Virus record (IMG/VR): IMGVR_UViG_3300017420_000001
Location: 1 to 51,042 of that record
Source of the DNA: a virus
Reading direction: 5' to 3' (one strand)
Length of the DNA: 51,042 nucleotides
The position numbers were made by a program, and so were the translations under genes. A model generated the notes under the pieces. That model was not told where the DNA came from, searched no databases, and worked only from the letters and a program-made list of their open reading frames with translations. Below are positions 42,752-50,632 of this stretch, in pieces. Position 1 is the stretch's first letter, and each line of letters starts with the position of its first letter.

Positions 42752-42914
42752 TGCGACGCGCCACTAGCGTTTTAACCACGCGATATACTTTGAAATCGTC
42801 GCACTGCGCTGCATAGTGCATGGCCTCCGCAAACGCTACAGCGTCATCGCTAGCGTGCCAACATCCGGCGAAATAGTCATCGCCGTCATGCACCTCGTAC
42901 TCAAATCCATCCAT
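42744..42914 (-). CDS. Small hypothetical protein (56 aa), below the ORF-track cutoff
   Basis: GGAGGTG RBS with ATG at 42914 (MDGFEYEVHDGDDYFAGCWHASDDAVAF...). It overlaps the next ATG by 8 nt. Confidence 0.4.
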   Translation of the reverse strand: MDGFEYEVHDGDDYFAGCWHASDDAVAFAEAMHYAAQCDDFKVYRVVKTLVARRNA

Positions 42915-43090
42915 CACCACACCTCCATAAATTACGACGTTGCTGCCCTTCCGCGCCTTCTATGACCAGCGTTTGCCCGAGCGCGGTTGACTACAGCAAT
43001 AGCAGGACAGCCCTCGCACCCGCCGTCGCTGTCGAGTGTTAGGAGTGCCGGGCAACGCATTGTGCCACCCTAGCGTCTCACGCGCCCACG

Positions 43091-45190
43091 TCAAGTCCCA
43101 AGCGTATTGTACGCCTGCACGCGCGTGGGCGATTGCTGGTAGGCCACCTTGCCCGCGCGCGCGGCTTCGGTCTTGGCGGTGGTGTTGACGTAGCGGAGCA
43201 ATTCGGGCGTGGTAATGCCCCCGCGCGCATCGAGGGTGAACGATTGTTGCACGATGGTGGTGTTGCCGCCCCCGCTTGCGCGCGCCTTTAACGAGCCGGT
43301 TGGATAAATTTTACCCGACTGCGATGGCACGAACAATTCGCCGCGATTGCTCAAATCATCATTGATGCTATACGGCTGCCCCGCGATCACATTTCCGCCG
43401 CCCGCGCGCTTGGTGGCCGTGCTGGCGATTACATTGCCGATCGCCGCAAAAATGCCACCGCTATTCGGTCCCGTTGCGCCGCTAATCGCCGCACTAAGCG
43501 ACTTGCCAACCGCAAGCTGCGCGAGAATGAGGGCGACTGCGCGAATGCCTTCTGCCTTGAATTGCTCGAAAATGCCCTTCGACCCGCGCGTGAACGCCGT
43601 TTCCCACAGACTGGCGAGCGTCTGGATATCTTGCTCCTGGCGACGGAACAGCATATCGTTGACTTCCTCGCGGGCTTTCGCGGCTTGCTCAATAGCCTTA
43701 TCGTTGTTCTCAACGCCCGCAAAGGGATTGTCGAAATCTTGACCCTCGCGCCCAAACACGACTTCGAAACGACGGCTCGCCGCCCGCTCGCGGTCCCGAT
43801 CGGTTTCAATCTGCCCGATGTTGCTGGTGTAATCCACAAGATCATTATTGACGGCACGCAACAATTCAGCGGCAGTAAGAGCCTTTTTTGATGTGCCATT
43901 CTTTAGTTTAGACTTTTTACCTTTCGGCTTGGGGCGAGGTGGAGTAGGCGCATCCGGTCGCCGCCTGATATTAGCTTCATCAGGCAAACCGTTGGGGAGC
44001 AAGGGTACGATATAGCCCTGCCCTTCCAGGCGGCGGACGGCGGCTTGCAAACGAATACGCTTGTCATTCTGTCGCGCATCACGCTCAAAGCGGCCCGCTA
44101 GATCAGTACCTTGCACACGTGCAACCCGGCCGCGCCCGGCATTGCCTAGAAAGCGTTGCTGAACAGCAGAACCAATATCGTTGATCGTGTTGGCGCCACC
44201 CGCCGCGAAGCCGGATACGTTGTCGATCAAGCGAAGGATGTTGCCTATGCTCTCGCGCGTGTAATCGACTTCTGACCTCACTCCGCTGAATACGCTCTGC
44301 GCGCCAGCTAGGATGGGATCAAATACATCTGCAAGCGCACCGAAAGTCGCACGAATACGTTGCCCCTCTTCGCGCGCGCTATCAGCTAGATCGGCAAAGC
44401 CTTTAGCCCCTCGACTGATAAAGCCCGCGAGCGCGTTAGTAAACTCGCCGCCTTCATCGAACGCGCCGAACGTGGTGATCGCGGCGTTTTCGACCTGTTG
44501 CATCGCGTCACCGAACGTGGGCGGGATTTGCTTGAATTCCGCATCAATACCAGCGGTAAACTTGCGATCGGTAAGCGCTTTGAAAAGAACGTCGCTGGTC
44601 AGCTTGCCTTCCGCCGCGAGCCCGCGCACCTCTCCTTGCGTCACGCCAATGGCATCAGCCACCAGCTTGAGAATGCGCGGGCTTGCCTCGGCGATTGAGT
44701 TAAACTCGTCGCCACGCAGCGCGCCCGATGCCAGCGCCTGCCCAAACTGTAGGGTGGCGGAAGCCGCTTGATTGGCATCAGCGCCACCAATCTTTAGCGC
44801 CTTGGAAAAAGTTTCGGTCGCGCGAGCGGCTTGCGCCTGTGTACCGCCTAGCTGTTGCGTGGCGCGCGTAAAGTTGCCGTAAAGGGAAGCCGTGGCGGAC
44901 AAACTTCCGCGCGTTTCGTTCGCGATCCGAGCAACATCGGTTTGCGCCTGCGCGAACGTCCCGAACGTGCGCGTAGCAAGCTGTAGCTGCGCGTTGATTT
45001 GCTTGGACGCATCGGCAAGTCGGATAAACTCGCGGGCCAATGCGACGGCGCTAACGCCCGCTAGCAGTCCTTTGAGAGCGCCCACGCCTCGATTGAGTTG
45101 AGTAGTTTCCTGACGCGCGCGCGCGAAGCCACGCTCCAAGTTTTCGGTGCGAGCAATGAGGTCGATTACGACCTGTTCGGCAACAGCCAT
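43091..45190 (-). CDS. Tail tape measure protein
   Basis: 699 aa, Ala/Gly/Gln-rich and helical. GDEFNSIAEASPRILKLVADAIGVTQGEVRGLAAEGKLTSDVLFKAL is the TP901-type TMP core. Confidence 0.85.
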   Translation of the reverse strand: MAVAEQVVIDLIARTENLERGFARARQETTQLNRGVGALKGLLAGVSAVALAREFIRLADASKQINAQLQLATRTFGTFAQAQTDVARIANETRGSLSATASLYGNFTRATQQLGGTQAQAARATETFSKALKIGGADANQAASATLQFGQALASGALRGDEFNSIAEASPRILKLVADAIGVTQGEVRGLAAEGKLTSDVLFKALTDRKFTAGIDAEFKQIPPTFGDAMQQVENAAITTFGAFDEGGEFTNALAGFISRGAKGFADLADSAREEGQRIRATFGALADVFDPILAGAQSVFSGVRSEVDYTRESIGNILRLIDNVSGFAAGGANTINDIGSAVQQRFLGNAGRGRVARVQGTDLAGRFERDARQNDKRIRLQAAVRRLEGQGYIVPLLPNGLPDEANIRRRPDAPTPPRPKPKGKKSKLKNGTSKKALTAAELLRAVNNDLVDYTSNIGQIETDRDRERAASRRFEVVFGREGQDFDNPFAGVENNDKAIEQAAKAREEVNDMLFRRQEQDIQTLASLWETAFTRGSKGIFEQFKAEGIRAVALILAQLAVGKSLSAAISGATGPNSGGIFAAIGNVIASTATKRAGGGNVIAGQPYSINDDLSNRGELFVPSQSGKIYPTGSLKARASGGGNTTIVQQSFTLDARGGITTPELLRYVNTTAKTEAARAGKVAYQQSPTRVQAYNTLGT

Positions 45191-45606
45191 TAGCGCAATC
45201 CTCGGCTGGCGTTACGAACGGCTTGTTTCACTGCCCGCTGTACAATCTTTTCGGCATTGCCGCGCTCTTTGTTAGCGGCGGGCGCCATGTATGGACGGGC
45301 GGCTAGACGGCTGGTACCAAATTCTTGCGCGGCGGCATATGGCGCGTTGCTTGACACCTCAACCTTTAGCTGGTTGATTTGGACCGTCTCAATGTTGTTC
45401 GCCAGTACGCCATTATCATTGTTAGGTGCATTGGGCGCTACGGATGGAACGTGCCCCGCTCCCGATATCGCGCCTTCGGTAATGCTGATTTGAGCCGCCG
45501 TCTCGACACGCTTCCCTGCTACGAACAGCGCCGGACCAACCACCCGCCCGATCGCATCGGGTGTTAGCCGCAAGAACCGCGCGAGGTCATTGAGGTCGCC
45601 CGCCAT
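45190..45606 (-). CDS. HK97 gp10-family tail-completion/neck protein
   Basis: 138 aa. HVPSVAPNAPNNDNGVLANNI...APYAAAQEFGTSRLAARPYMAPA matches the gp10-family pattern. Confidence 0.6.
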   Translation of the reverse strand: MAGDLNDLARFLRLTPDAIGRVVGPALFVAGKRVETAAQISITEGAISGAGHVPSVAPNAPNNDNGVLANNIETVQINQLKVEVSSNAPYAAAQEFGTSRLAARPYMAPAANKERGNAEKIVQRAVKQAVRNASRGLR

Positions 45607-45791
45607 CAGTTGAGCATCTTGGGATTGGCGGCGATCATGTCGAACGATGCCTGGACCGTATCCATGTCGGGCCGCTCCACCTCGTCGGCGGGCTTGTGGC
45701 GCTCGTTATAGACGGTCAACATCGCGGTGTATTCCCAATACGTCAAATCGCGCGCCATCGCACTGGCGCCCATCATGGCGCAATCGGTCAA
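45606..45791 (-). CDS. Tail assembly chaperone, -1 frame extension (gpT-like part of a G/GT pair)
   Basis: This frame is open continuously from the A9 slip site (45853) to 45606. Its own start would be only a TTG overlapping the upstream TGA. Confidence 0.6.
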   Translation of the reverse strand: MTDCAMMGASAMARDLTYWEYTAMLTVYNERHKPADEVERPDMDTVQASFDMIAANPKMLN

Positions 45792-46243
45792 ATATCCAGC
45801 GTAGTCGAACCATCCGTCGGTTCGCTCGCCTCGTTCACGTCCGCTTTTTTTTTAGGCGGATCGTATCCCTCGATCAACGCCGACAGGATCGACGCGGCAA
45901 GCGCCCATGACTGCGCGAGAGGGGCGTTGGCAACGTAGTTTTCCACCAGCCGGTTGGCGACAAGGCTTGTCACCTTGACCTCTTGCCCATCCGCCTCGCC
46001 TTGACCGCCGCCGATAAGCCCCTGACGGATGGTTTCGGTCAAGTCCACCAGCTTGTACGCCGCATCGGCGTGCGAGCCGTATTCGATGCCGTCCGCCGCC
46101 ACGAACCGGCCTTGCAGCACGCGCGCGAACAGTCCGCCGATGCCGATGCCGCACTTTTCCTGCATCTCGTTGATGCCGTGCGGTTTCAGCGCGAAGGTGT
46201 AGCGCCCATCGCCAAACTCTAGGTCAATGCTAGTCGTGGGCAT
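45788..46243 (-). CDS. Tail assembly chaperone (gpG-like, GTA g10-like)
   Basis: 151 aa between the tail tube and TMP blocks. DGRYTFALKPHGINEMQEKCGIGIGGLFARV resembles GTA-type chaperones. Confidence 0.7.
   Translation of the reverse strand: MPTTSIDLEFGDGRYTFALKPHGINEMQEKCGIGIGGLFARVLQGRFVAADGIEYGSHADAAYKLVDLTETIRQGLIGGGQGEADGQEVKVTSLVANRLVENYVANAPLAQSWALAASILSALIEGYDPPKKKADVNEASEPTDGSTTLDI
45845..45853 (-). other. Programmed -1 ribosomal frameshift slippery run (A9)
   Basis: The minus strand reads CCT AAA AAA AAA GCG with the three AAA codons in the zero frame. A -1 slip enters the open frame of 45606..45791. Confidence 0.65.
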
Positions 46244-46246
46244 AGC

Positions 46247-46690
46247 TTACGCCTCCACAAACTCCCACTCACCATCGGAAACGATCGTGATGTCAACCGA
46301 CGCCTTCGCATCCTGGTCGCCGCCGAACTGGAGGTTGGTCATCATGCCCGCTCCCGCCCAATAGCCGTTGTACGCGGACGAGGCGGCGGGGGCGCCGATC
46401 ACATAACGGTAATTCTTAATCTGACCCTGCGCGTCGATGATCGCTTCAAGGTTGTCGAGGTTGAGAAGTCCCGAGCCCGACAAGTCCCACTGGCGCCCAG
46501 TCGCGGTCACGTAGCGCGCGGGAATATCCTCGGGATCGGCGCAATCGGGAACGAAGTCGTCGGTGGTGTTGACCTGCGCGGTAAAGCCCTTTGCGGTCAG
46601 CCCGCAAATGGGCGAAAACACTTCCGGCGAAGCGCCATTGCCCATGAGGATGGTGACGTAGGTGCCCCGAATGATCGTCGGACGTGCCAT
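46247..46690 (-). CDS. Major tail (tube) protein
   Basis: 147 aa immediately upstream of the chaperone pair. Size and composition are typical of siphovirus tube proteins. Confidence 0.7.
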   Translation of the reverse strand: MARPTIIRGTYVTILMGNGASPEVFSPICGLTAKGFTAQVNTTDDFVPDCADPEDIPARYVTATGRQWDLSGSGLLNLDNLEAIIDAQGQIKNYRYVIGAPAASSAYNGYWAGAGMMTNLQFGGDQDAKASVDITIVSDGEWEFVEA

Positions 46691-46695
46691 GCAAC

Positions 46696-46740
46696 AAAAA
46701 TCCCGCGCTATGGTCCGAACGCCGAACCGTTACGCGGGAT
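46696..46740 (-). terminator. Terminator-like hairpin abutting the tail-tube start codon
   Basis: 8-bp stem atcccgcg / cgcgggat (46700-46707 / 46733-46740) with a 25-nt loop. On the minus strand it is followed by TTTTTGTTGC and then the ATG at 46690. Confidence 0.45.
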
Positions 46741-46778
46741 AGTCTAGCCGATGGTAACGGCGGGGGGTAGGGCTGGGA

Positions 46779-46868
46779 CTAGTTTCGGCTATCTAGCCAC
46801 TTTTCCCAAAAAGCATAAGCCGTGCAACACAGAACCAACGCCAAAACAATAACTGGACCATCAATCAT
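46779..46868 (-). CDS. Small membrane peptide (29 aa), below the ORF-track cutoff
   Basis: GGAGGG RBS with ATG at 46868. Translation: MIDGPVIVLALVLCCTAYAFWEKWLDSRN. Confidence 0.3.
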   Translation of the reverse strand: MIDGPVIVLALVLCCTAYAFWEKWLDSRN

Positions 46869-46877
46869 CACGCCCTC

Positions 46878-47285
46878 CTAAACAACAACCTCGACCGCGA
46901 CACGTACAATCACGTGCCACGCGCTCGCTTCCGCGCTGTCTCGCAAAAGCTGCGTTTGCTCCCATGACACTTCCGCATACCCGCTGTCAACCGGAAAAAT
47001 CAGTCCATCGAGCGCACGGCGCATGGCCGATCCGATCGCGCTCGCCGTGTCATCGCCTGGGCCTTTAGCAAACCCGTGAAGCGTCACGCTGCATTGCGCG
47101 CCATCCATACAGGTGGCACGGTACGGCGTTTCAATAGGGCTCGCGCAATACGCCCACGGCCATACGGGCGTGGCGGGCGGCTCCGGCCCATAAATGCGCG
47201 GCGCTGGCACGAGCGCGATCATGGGCACGTTCTCGCGAAGCGCCCTCACTATAGCTTCCCGTGTCAGCTTGCCTAAGTCAGCCAT
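46878..47285 (-). CDS. Tail completion protein (DUF3168-like)
   Basis: 135 aa upstream of the tube gene. LTREAIVRALRENVPMIALVPAPRIYG follows the DUF3168 pattern. Confidence 0.55.
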   Translation of the reverse strand: MADLGKLTREAIVRALRENVPMIALVPAPRIYGPEPPATPVWPWAYCASPIETPYRATCMDGAQCSVTLHGFAKGPGDDTASAIGSAMRRALDGLIFPVDSGYAEVSWEQTQLLRDSAEASAWHVIVRVAVEVVV

Positions 47286-47505
47286 TGTCGTCGGTGTTGA
47301 TGCGGTCCATCAGCAGCATGTCATTACGCTCTTCCGCTTCAGTCTTGCGCGCGGGCTTCTCGCACGCCTCAGCATCACCATCATGGATCAATGCACCGCC
47401 AATATGGTCAGGCACGTAAACCACATCACCGCGCTTGTACGCCGTCACCGCGCGCGACTTGTGCGTGTAATCGCGATCGTGCAAAATCTTGATCCAAGCC
47501 GCCAT
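47278..47505 (-). CDS. Small hypothetical protein
   Basis: I prefer the ATG at 47505 (MAAWIKILHDRDY...), 2 nt after the upstream stop. Confidence 0.45.
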   Translation of the reverse strand: MAAWIKILHDRDYTHKSRAVTAYKRGDVVYVPDHIGGALIHDGDAEACEKPARKTEAEERNDMLLMDRINTDDNG

Positions 47506-47507
47506 GT

Positions 47508-47858
47508 TCAAGCCCTTTCCGCCGTGCATTGCCAGTAACTGTTCGCCGGGTCCGCCTCAACCGCGCTGATCGCGTAACTCGCGCCGCCCACAGCAATGCT
47601 GTCATTGCTGTTCGGCTTGGCGTCGAGGCCCTTTTGCAGCACTAGCACGCGAACGGTCTTTTCGGTGTAACCCGGCGCCTGTCGCATGGCTTCGGTCGCG
47701 CTATCAACCTGCGCGCGACAAGCGTACTCGCTATCGGTCGCGGTCGGGGTTCCGCCGTCATTGTAGGTCAATGACCGAACATAAAGCGTGGCGGGCAGAT
47801 AGATGCCCGCAAAAGCCCGATGCATGATGTTGGCGATGCCGCCGTTAAGCAAGGACAC
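47508..47858 (-). CDS. Putative head-tail joining protein
   Basis: 116 aa. The call rests on position between the adaptor and tail-completion genes. Confidence 0.45.
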   Translation of the reverse strand: MSLLNGGIANIMHRAFAGIYLPATLYVRSLTYNDGGTPTATDSEYACRAQVDSATEAMRQAPGYTEKTVRVLVLQKGLDAKPNSNDSIAVGGASYAISAVEADPANSYWQCTAERA

Positions 47859-48054
47859 GGTAGGCCGCTACGTAGCAATCTTGCCAACCATCGCAATCGC
47901 GATGTTCCCACCAATTGTAATCGTCGTCGCCGCTCAAGTCGCGCATATCGCGCGCATCAGCATCCTGCTCTTCGCCATCGGCAAAGCGCACTCGAACCAT
48001 CGTGCCATCAGCAACCGGCTGCTTGCCGCCGCTCCACTCGATCCACTCGCCCAT
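47845..48054 (-). CDS. Small W-rich hypothetical protein
   Basis: I prefer the ATG at 48054 (MGEWIEWSGGKQPV...), preceded by a GGAGTGAGGA RBS. Confidence 0.45.
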   Translation of the reverse strand: MGEWIEWSGGKQPVADGTMVRVRFADGEEQDADARDMRDLSGDDDYNWWEHRDCDGWQDCYVAAYRVLA

Positions 48055-48065
48055 GATCCTCACTC

Positions 48066-48494
48066 CTACCAACCGAGCAAGCTGCTACGATAGCCGCCAT
48101 ACCCAACATCTACACTACCACTATCCGTAACCCTCATACCGCCCACGTTCTGGCGTGTCAAGGCGAGCAATTCGCGTCCGTAGGCGGTGGAGCCATAGCC
48201 GCCCGCGTTCGCCGCCTGGACCGTGCTCGCATCGAACGTAAGTGATAGCGCGCCAGACCGCAGCGATGTAACGCCCGCTGGCACCTCACTCCCGCCAGCC
48301 AATGCCGCGCCTTGCGCGAGCCCGTGGGCGACTAGGTACATAACCCCTAGCGCCCGATCAGCATCTAGCCAATCCTGCCCCGGCCCACGCGCGGCGGCAT
48401 CGTTCAGGAAATATTCCACGCGCTCGTCGGAGGTATCCGCGAATTCGGGAAAGCGGATGCGGAAGTCGGATAGCGTCGGTGGATCGTATGCCAT
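48066..48494 (-). CDS. Head-tail adaptor (DUF4054-like)
   Basis: I prefer the ATG at 48494 (MAYDPPTLSDFRIRFPEFADTSDERVEYFL), which matches DUF4054 N-termini. The track ORF extends to a GTG at 48566. Confidence 0.6.
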   Translation of the reverse strand: MAYDPPTLSDFRIRFPEFADTSDERVEYFLNDAAARGPGQDWLDADRALGVMYLVAHGLAQGAALAGGSEVPAGVTSLRSGALSLTFDASTVQAANAGGYGSTAYGRELLALTRQNVGGMRVTDSGSVDVGYGGYRSSLLGW

Positions 48495-48550
48495 GCCCAC
48501 GATTATAGCCCATCCGGGGCGGCGGGGGTAGCGCGGGTGGGCGGCGGCAT

Positions 48551-48566
48551 TTATCCACTTATCCAC
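48551..48566 (+). promoter_or_regulatory. Tandem DnaA-box-like octamers TTATCCAC TTATCCAC
   Basis: Read directly at 48551-48558 and 48559-48566. Each matches 8 of 9 positions of TTATCCACA. They sit next to an AT-rich tract containing (ATAC)4 at 48605-48620. Confidence 0.4.
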
Positions 48567-48779
48567 CCCCTATATAGGAAAAGGGAACTACGCGGGCGCG
48601 CCAAATACATACATACATACCCATAATTATATATGGATAAATCTATCTTATTGTTTTGTAATGGTATTTTTTGACATACCCCCATTTATCACTACGGCCG
48701 AAACGGACCTAGAGATTTATCCCTTGACAGGTGATAAATCGGTGGGCAGGGGTAAGTCGGTTAGCAAATGGAGGAATAT

Positions 48780-49046
48780 ATGGGCACGAATTGGACGCCG
48801 GGAGAGTGGCGGGTTGATGGTGGCGCGTTGGTTGAGGATGCGCAGGGAAACTGCATTTGCATGATGCCCACGCTTTCTTTTTCGGGAGCGGCACAAGTCG
48901 AGTTTGATTGGCGCCCCAACGCCCGCCTAATCGGCGCCGCGCCCGATCTGTATGAGGCGCTAGAAGCGTTGACCGAACGGTGCGAATATGATCATCTGCG
49001 GCGCCTAGCTTACACCGCTCTCGCCAAGGCGCGCGGGGATGTATGA
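48780..49046 (+). CDS. Small hypothetical protein
   Basis: I prefer the ATG at 48780 after GGAGGA (MGTNWTPGEWRV...). NARLIGAAPDLYEALEAL is a pattern common in small phage proteins. Confidence 0.55.
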   Translation: MGTNWTPGEWRVDGGALVEDAQGNCICMMPTLSFSGAAQVEFDWRPNARLIGAAPDLYEALEALTERCEYDHLRRLAYTALAKARGDV

Positions 49047-49177
49047 CCGACCCCGCCATTCCATGCCCCGAATGCGGCGGGACCGGAAAGATATGGCTTG
49101 ACTATGACGCGTGGATCGTGTCAAAGACGTGTGGTGAATGTGATGGCTATGGAGGATGGAATGACGACGGTGATTGA
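49043..49177 (+). CDS. Small zinc-finger protein (44 aa) with two CxxCxGxG motifs, below the ORF-track cutoff
   Basis: Its ATG overlaps the upstream TGA (ATGA). Translation: MTDPAIPCPECGGTGKIWLDYDAWIVSKTCGECDGYGGWNDDGD. Confidence 0.5.
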   Translation: MTDPAIPCPECGGTGKIWLDYDAWIVSKTCGECDGYGGWNDDGD

Positions 49178-49637
49178 TATCACCCGCCCGTTAGAGGCAG
49201 TTCGTAAGTCTGACGGCAAGATCGTGCCCATGACATACGCCAGCGGGCCTGATGCTAACGGCATGTTTAAAACAACTGATTGTCCGTGCGGTGCAACAAG
49301 CAATGAAAATTGGCATATGGACGGGAGAGATTGGTGTCTTAACAATGAATGGTTTATCCGCAACGCAGCCCCCGCCATCCGCACCGCCGCCGAACAGCTT
49401 GAGCGAATGGAGGCGTTTGTTCGAAAAGTGCATCGGCGCGAGTACGTAGGCCATTGGGGCGCTTGCGAACAAGAAGCTGACGCCATCGCCGCCCTGCTGC
49501 CCGAGCCGGTTGATCCTGATATTGCGGTAGCCGAGGCGCATCGCGACGAATATGCGCGCGGCGACAGCGGTGGTATCACTAATGCGTTTCTGTCCGCCTT
49601 AAAGCGCGGACGCCAGCTAGAGCGCGAAGGCAAGTGA
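49161..49637 (+). CDS. Hypothetical protein
   Basis: I prefer the ATG at 49161 after GGAGGA (MTTVIDITRPLEAV...). The track ORF starts at 49098. Confidence 0.55.
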   Translation: MTTVIDITRPLEAVRKSDGKIVPMTYASGPDANGMFKTTDCPCGATSNENWHMDGRDWCLNNEWFIRNAAPAIRTAAEQLERMEAFVRKVHRREYVGHWGACEQEADAIAALLPEPVDPDIAVAEAHRDEYARGDSGGITNAFLSALKRGRQLEREGK

Positions 49638-49738
49638 GATACGGCCTTCCCCACGCGTTATCGGCTTCGGGCGGGCGCGTGGGGCGCTTCTGGATATTCC
49701 TAATCGTGGTGGTGGTCGGATGGCTGTGCGCGAAGTAG
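49634..49738 (+). CDS. Possible small membrane peptide (34 aa)
   Basis: The GTG at 49634 overlaps the upstream TGA. The C-terminal half FWIFLIVVVVGWLCAK is hydrophobic. Evidence is weak. Confidence 0.2.
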   Translation: MRYGLPHALSASGGRVGRFWIFLIVVVVGWLCAK

Positions 49739-49801
49739 GCGGAACGCCGGGCGGCAATCGCATACCGGAATGGTATCTGCGCAAAATGGGGCTGCGCGAT
49801 C

Positions 49802-49844
49802 AGCAAAAAGAAAGCGCGCCAGACGGATTGCCCGACGCGCTTTC
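49802..49844 (-). terminator. Rho-independent terminator (minus strand)
   Basis: Stem gaaagcgcg / cgcgctttc (49810-49818 / 49836-49844), followed on the minus strand by TTTCTTTTTG. Confidence 0.6.
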
Positions 49845-49862
49845 CCGCTTCGTGGATACGCT

Positions 49863-50102
49863 TTAAAGCGCCTTGTGCTGCTCGATCAGCTTGTCGCGCT
49901 TGGTATTGTGGTGCGGGCGCTTGCCGGTCTTATCCTCGATCTCGTCGCGCAAGGTATCGTCGGACATGTCGGCGTAGGCATCGGGCTCCGCTGCGGGCTT
50001 GGCGGGCGCTTCCTGGCCCACCGTTTCGCCGGGCTTGACCCACACCAGCTTACCGCTCATGCGGACGCCCTGTAGTGCCTTGGTATCGTTCGTATACGCC
50101 AT
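49863..50102 (-). CDS. Small protein with a C-terminal HeH/SAP-like motif
   Basis: I prefer the ATG at 50102 (MAYTNDTKALQGV...). The C-terminus DDTLRDEIEDKTGKRPHHNTKRDKLIEQHKAL resembles Rho_N/HeH modules. Confidence 0.5.
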   Translation of the reverse strand: MAYTNDTKALQGVRMSGKLVWVKPGETVGQEAPAKPAAEPDAYADMSDDTLRDEIEDKTGKRPHHNTKRDKLIEQHKAL

Positions 50103-50129
50103 TGTTCGGGGCTCCGTGTAAAATAACGG

Positions 50130-50159
50130 TTGACTGTAACGCATCGTGGGCGCTATGGG
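50130..50159 (+). promoter_or_regulatory. Candidate sigma70-type promoter
   Basis: TTGACT (50130-50135), 17-nt spacer, CTATGG (50153-50158). AGGAGGA RBS precedes the ATG at 50183. Confidence 0.5.
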
Positions 50160-50182
50160 TAGCGCATGGATAGGAGGAAGGC

Positions 50183-50632
50183 ATGAGTGACATTGTTTGG
50201 GGACCGGAGATTGCGATTGAAGATGGCGAGCGCCCTTCATGGCTAATCGACAAAACTGGCGAATTGCGCGTTTGGTCGCGCTCTGAGGATGGATACACAG
50301 ACACCAACAAGTTGGCGCATCTTGCAGGCGATGATGGTTCGTCAAATTGGTTCACGCATGGCGGGCGTGAAGATGGAGATATTGTAGCTATTAGGCTTCC
50401 CGCCGATCACCCCTATTACGCCAGCATCGCGGATACGGTGACAATTGCGCGGATGACGATAAACGAGGTGTATCGAGCAGACTGGGCTGACGAAGACCCT
50501 GCGCTTGCGGTTCATATTTGCAGACATCTCGGCCTAATCAAGCCTGATCCCACGCCGCTTGACCGCTTCATGGCGGCTAACCCCGATGCCGATCGCGCTA
50601 CGGCGGAAAAGGCGCTGGTGTTCGAACGGTAA
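50183..50632 (+). CDS. Hypothetical protein (moron downstream of, and convergent with, the capsid gene)
   Basis: 149-aa ORF with an RBS, its own promoter and a shared terminator. No motif recognised. Confidence 0.6.
   Translation: MSDIVWGPEIAIEDGERPSWLIDKTGELRVWSRSEDGYTDTNKLAHLAGDDGSSNWFTHGGREDGDIVAIRLPADHPYYASIADTVTIARMTINEVYRADWADEDPALAVHICRHLGLIKPDPTPLDRFMAANPDADRATAEKALVFER

Noticed and set aside
42915-43060. 43-aa Cys-rich minus-strand ORF (MRCPALLTLDSDGGCEGCPAIAVV...) just downstream of the tape measure gene
   Set aside because: It has only a weak RBS (GGGTGG) and an Arg-rich tail, and it is not coupled to its neighbours. Too little support to annotate it.
48495-48566. N-terminal extension of the adaptor gene to the GTG at 48566, and a perfect TATAAT (rc of 48502-48507) 7 nt before the ATG at 48494
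   Set aside because: The extension (MDKWINAAAHPRYPRRPGW) is encoded by the TTATCCAC repeats and lacks an RBS, whereas DUF4054 proteins start like MAYDPPTLSDFRIRFPEF. The TATAAT has no -35 partner, so I do not call it a promoter; a leaderless start cannot be excluded.
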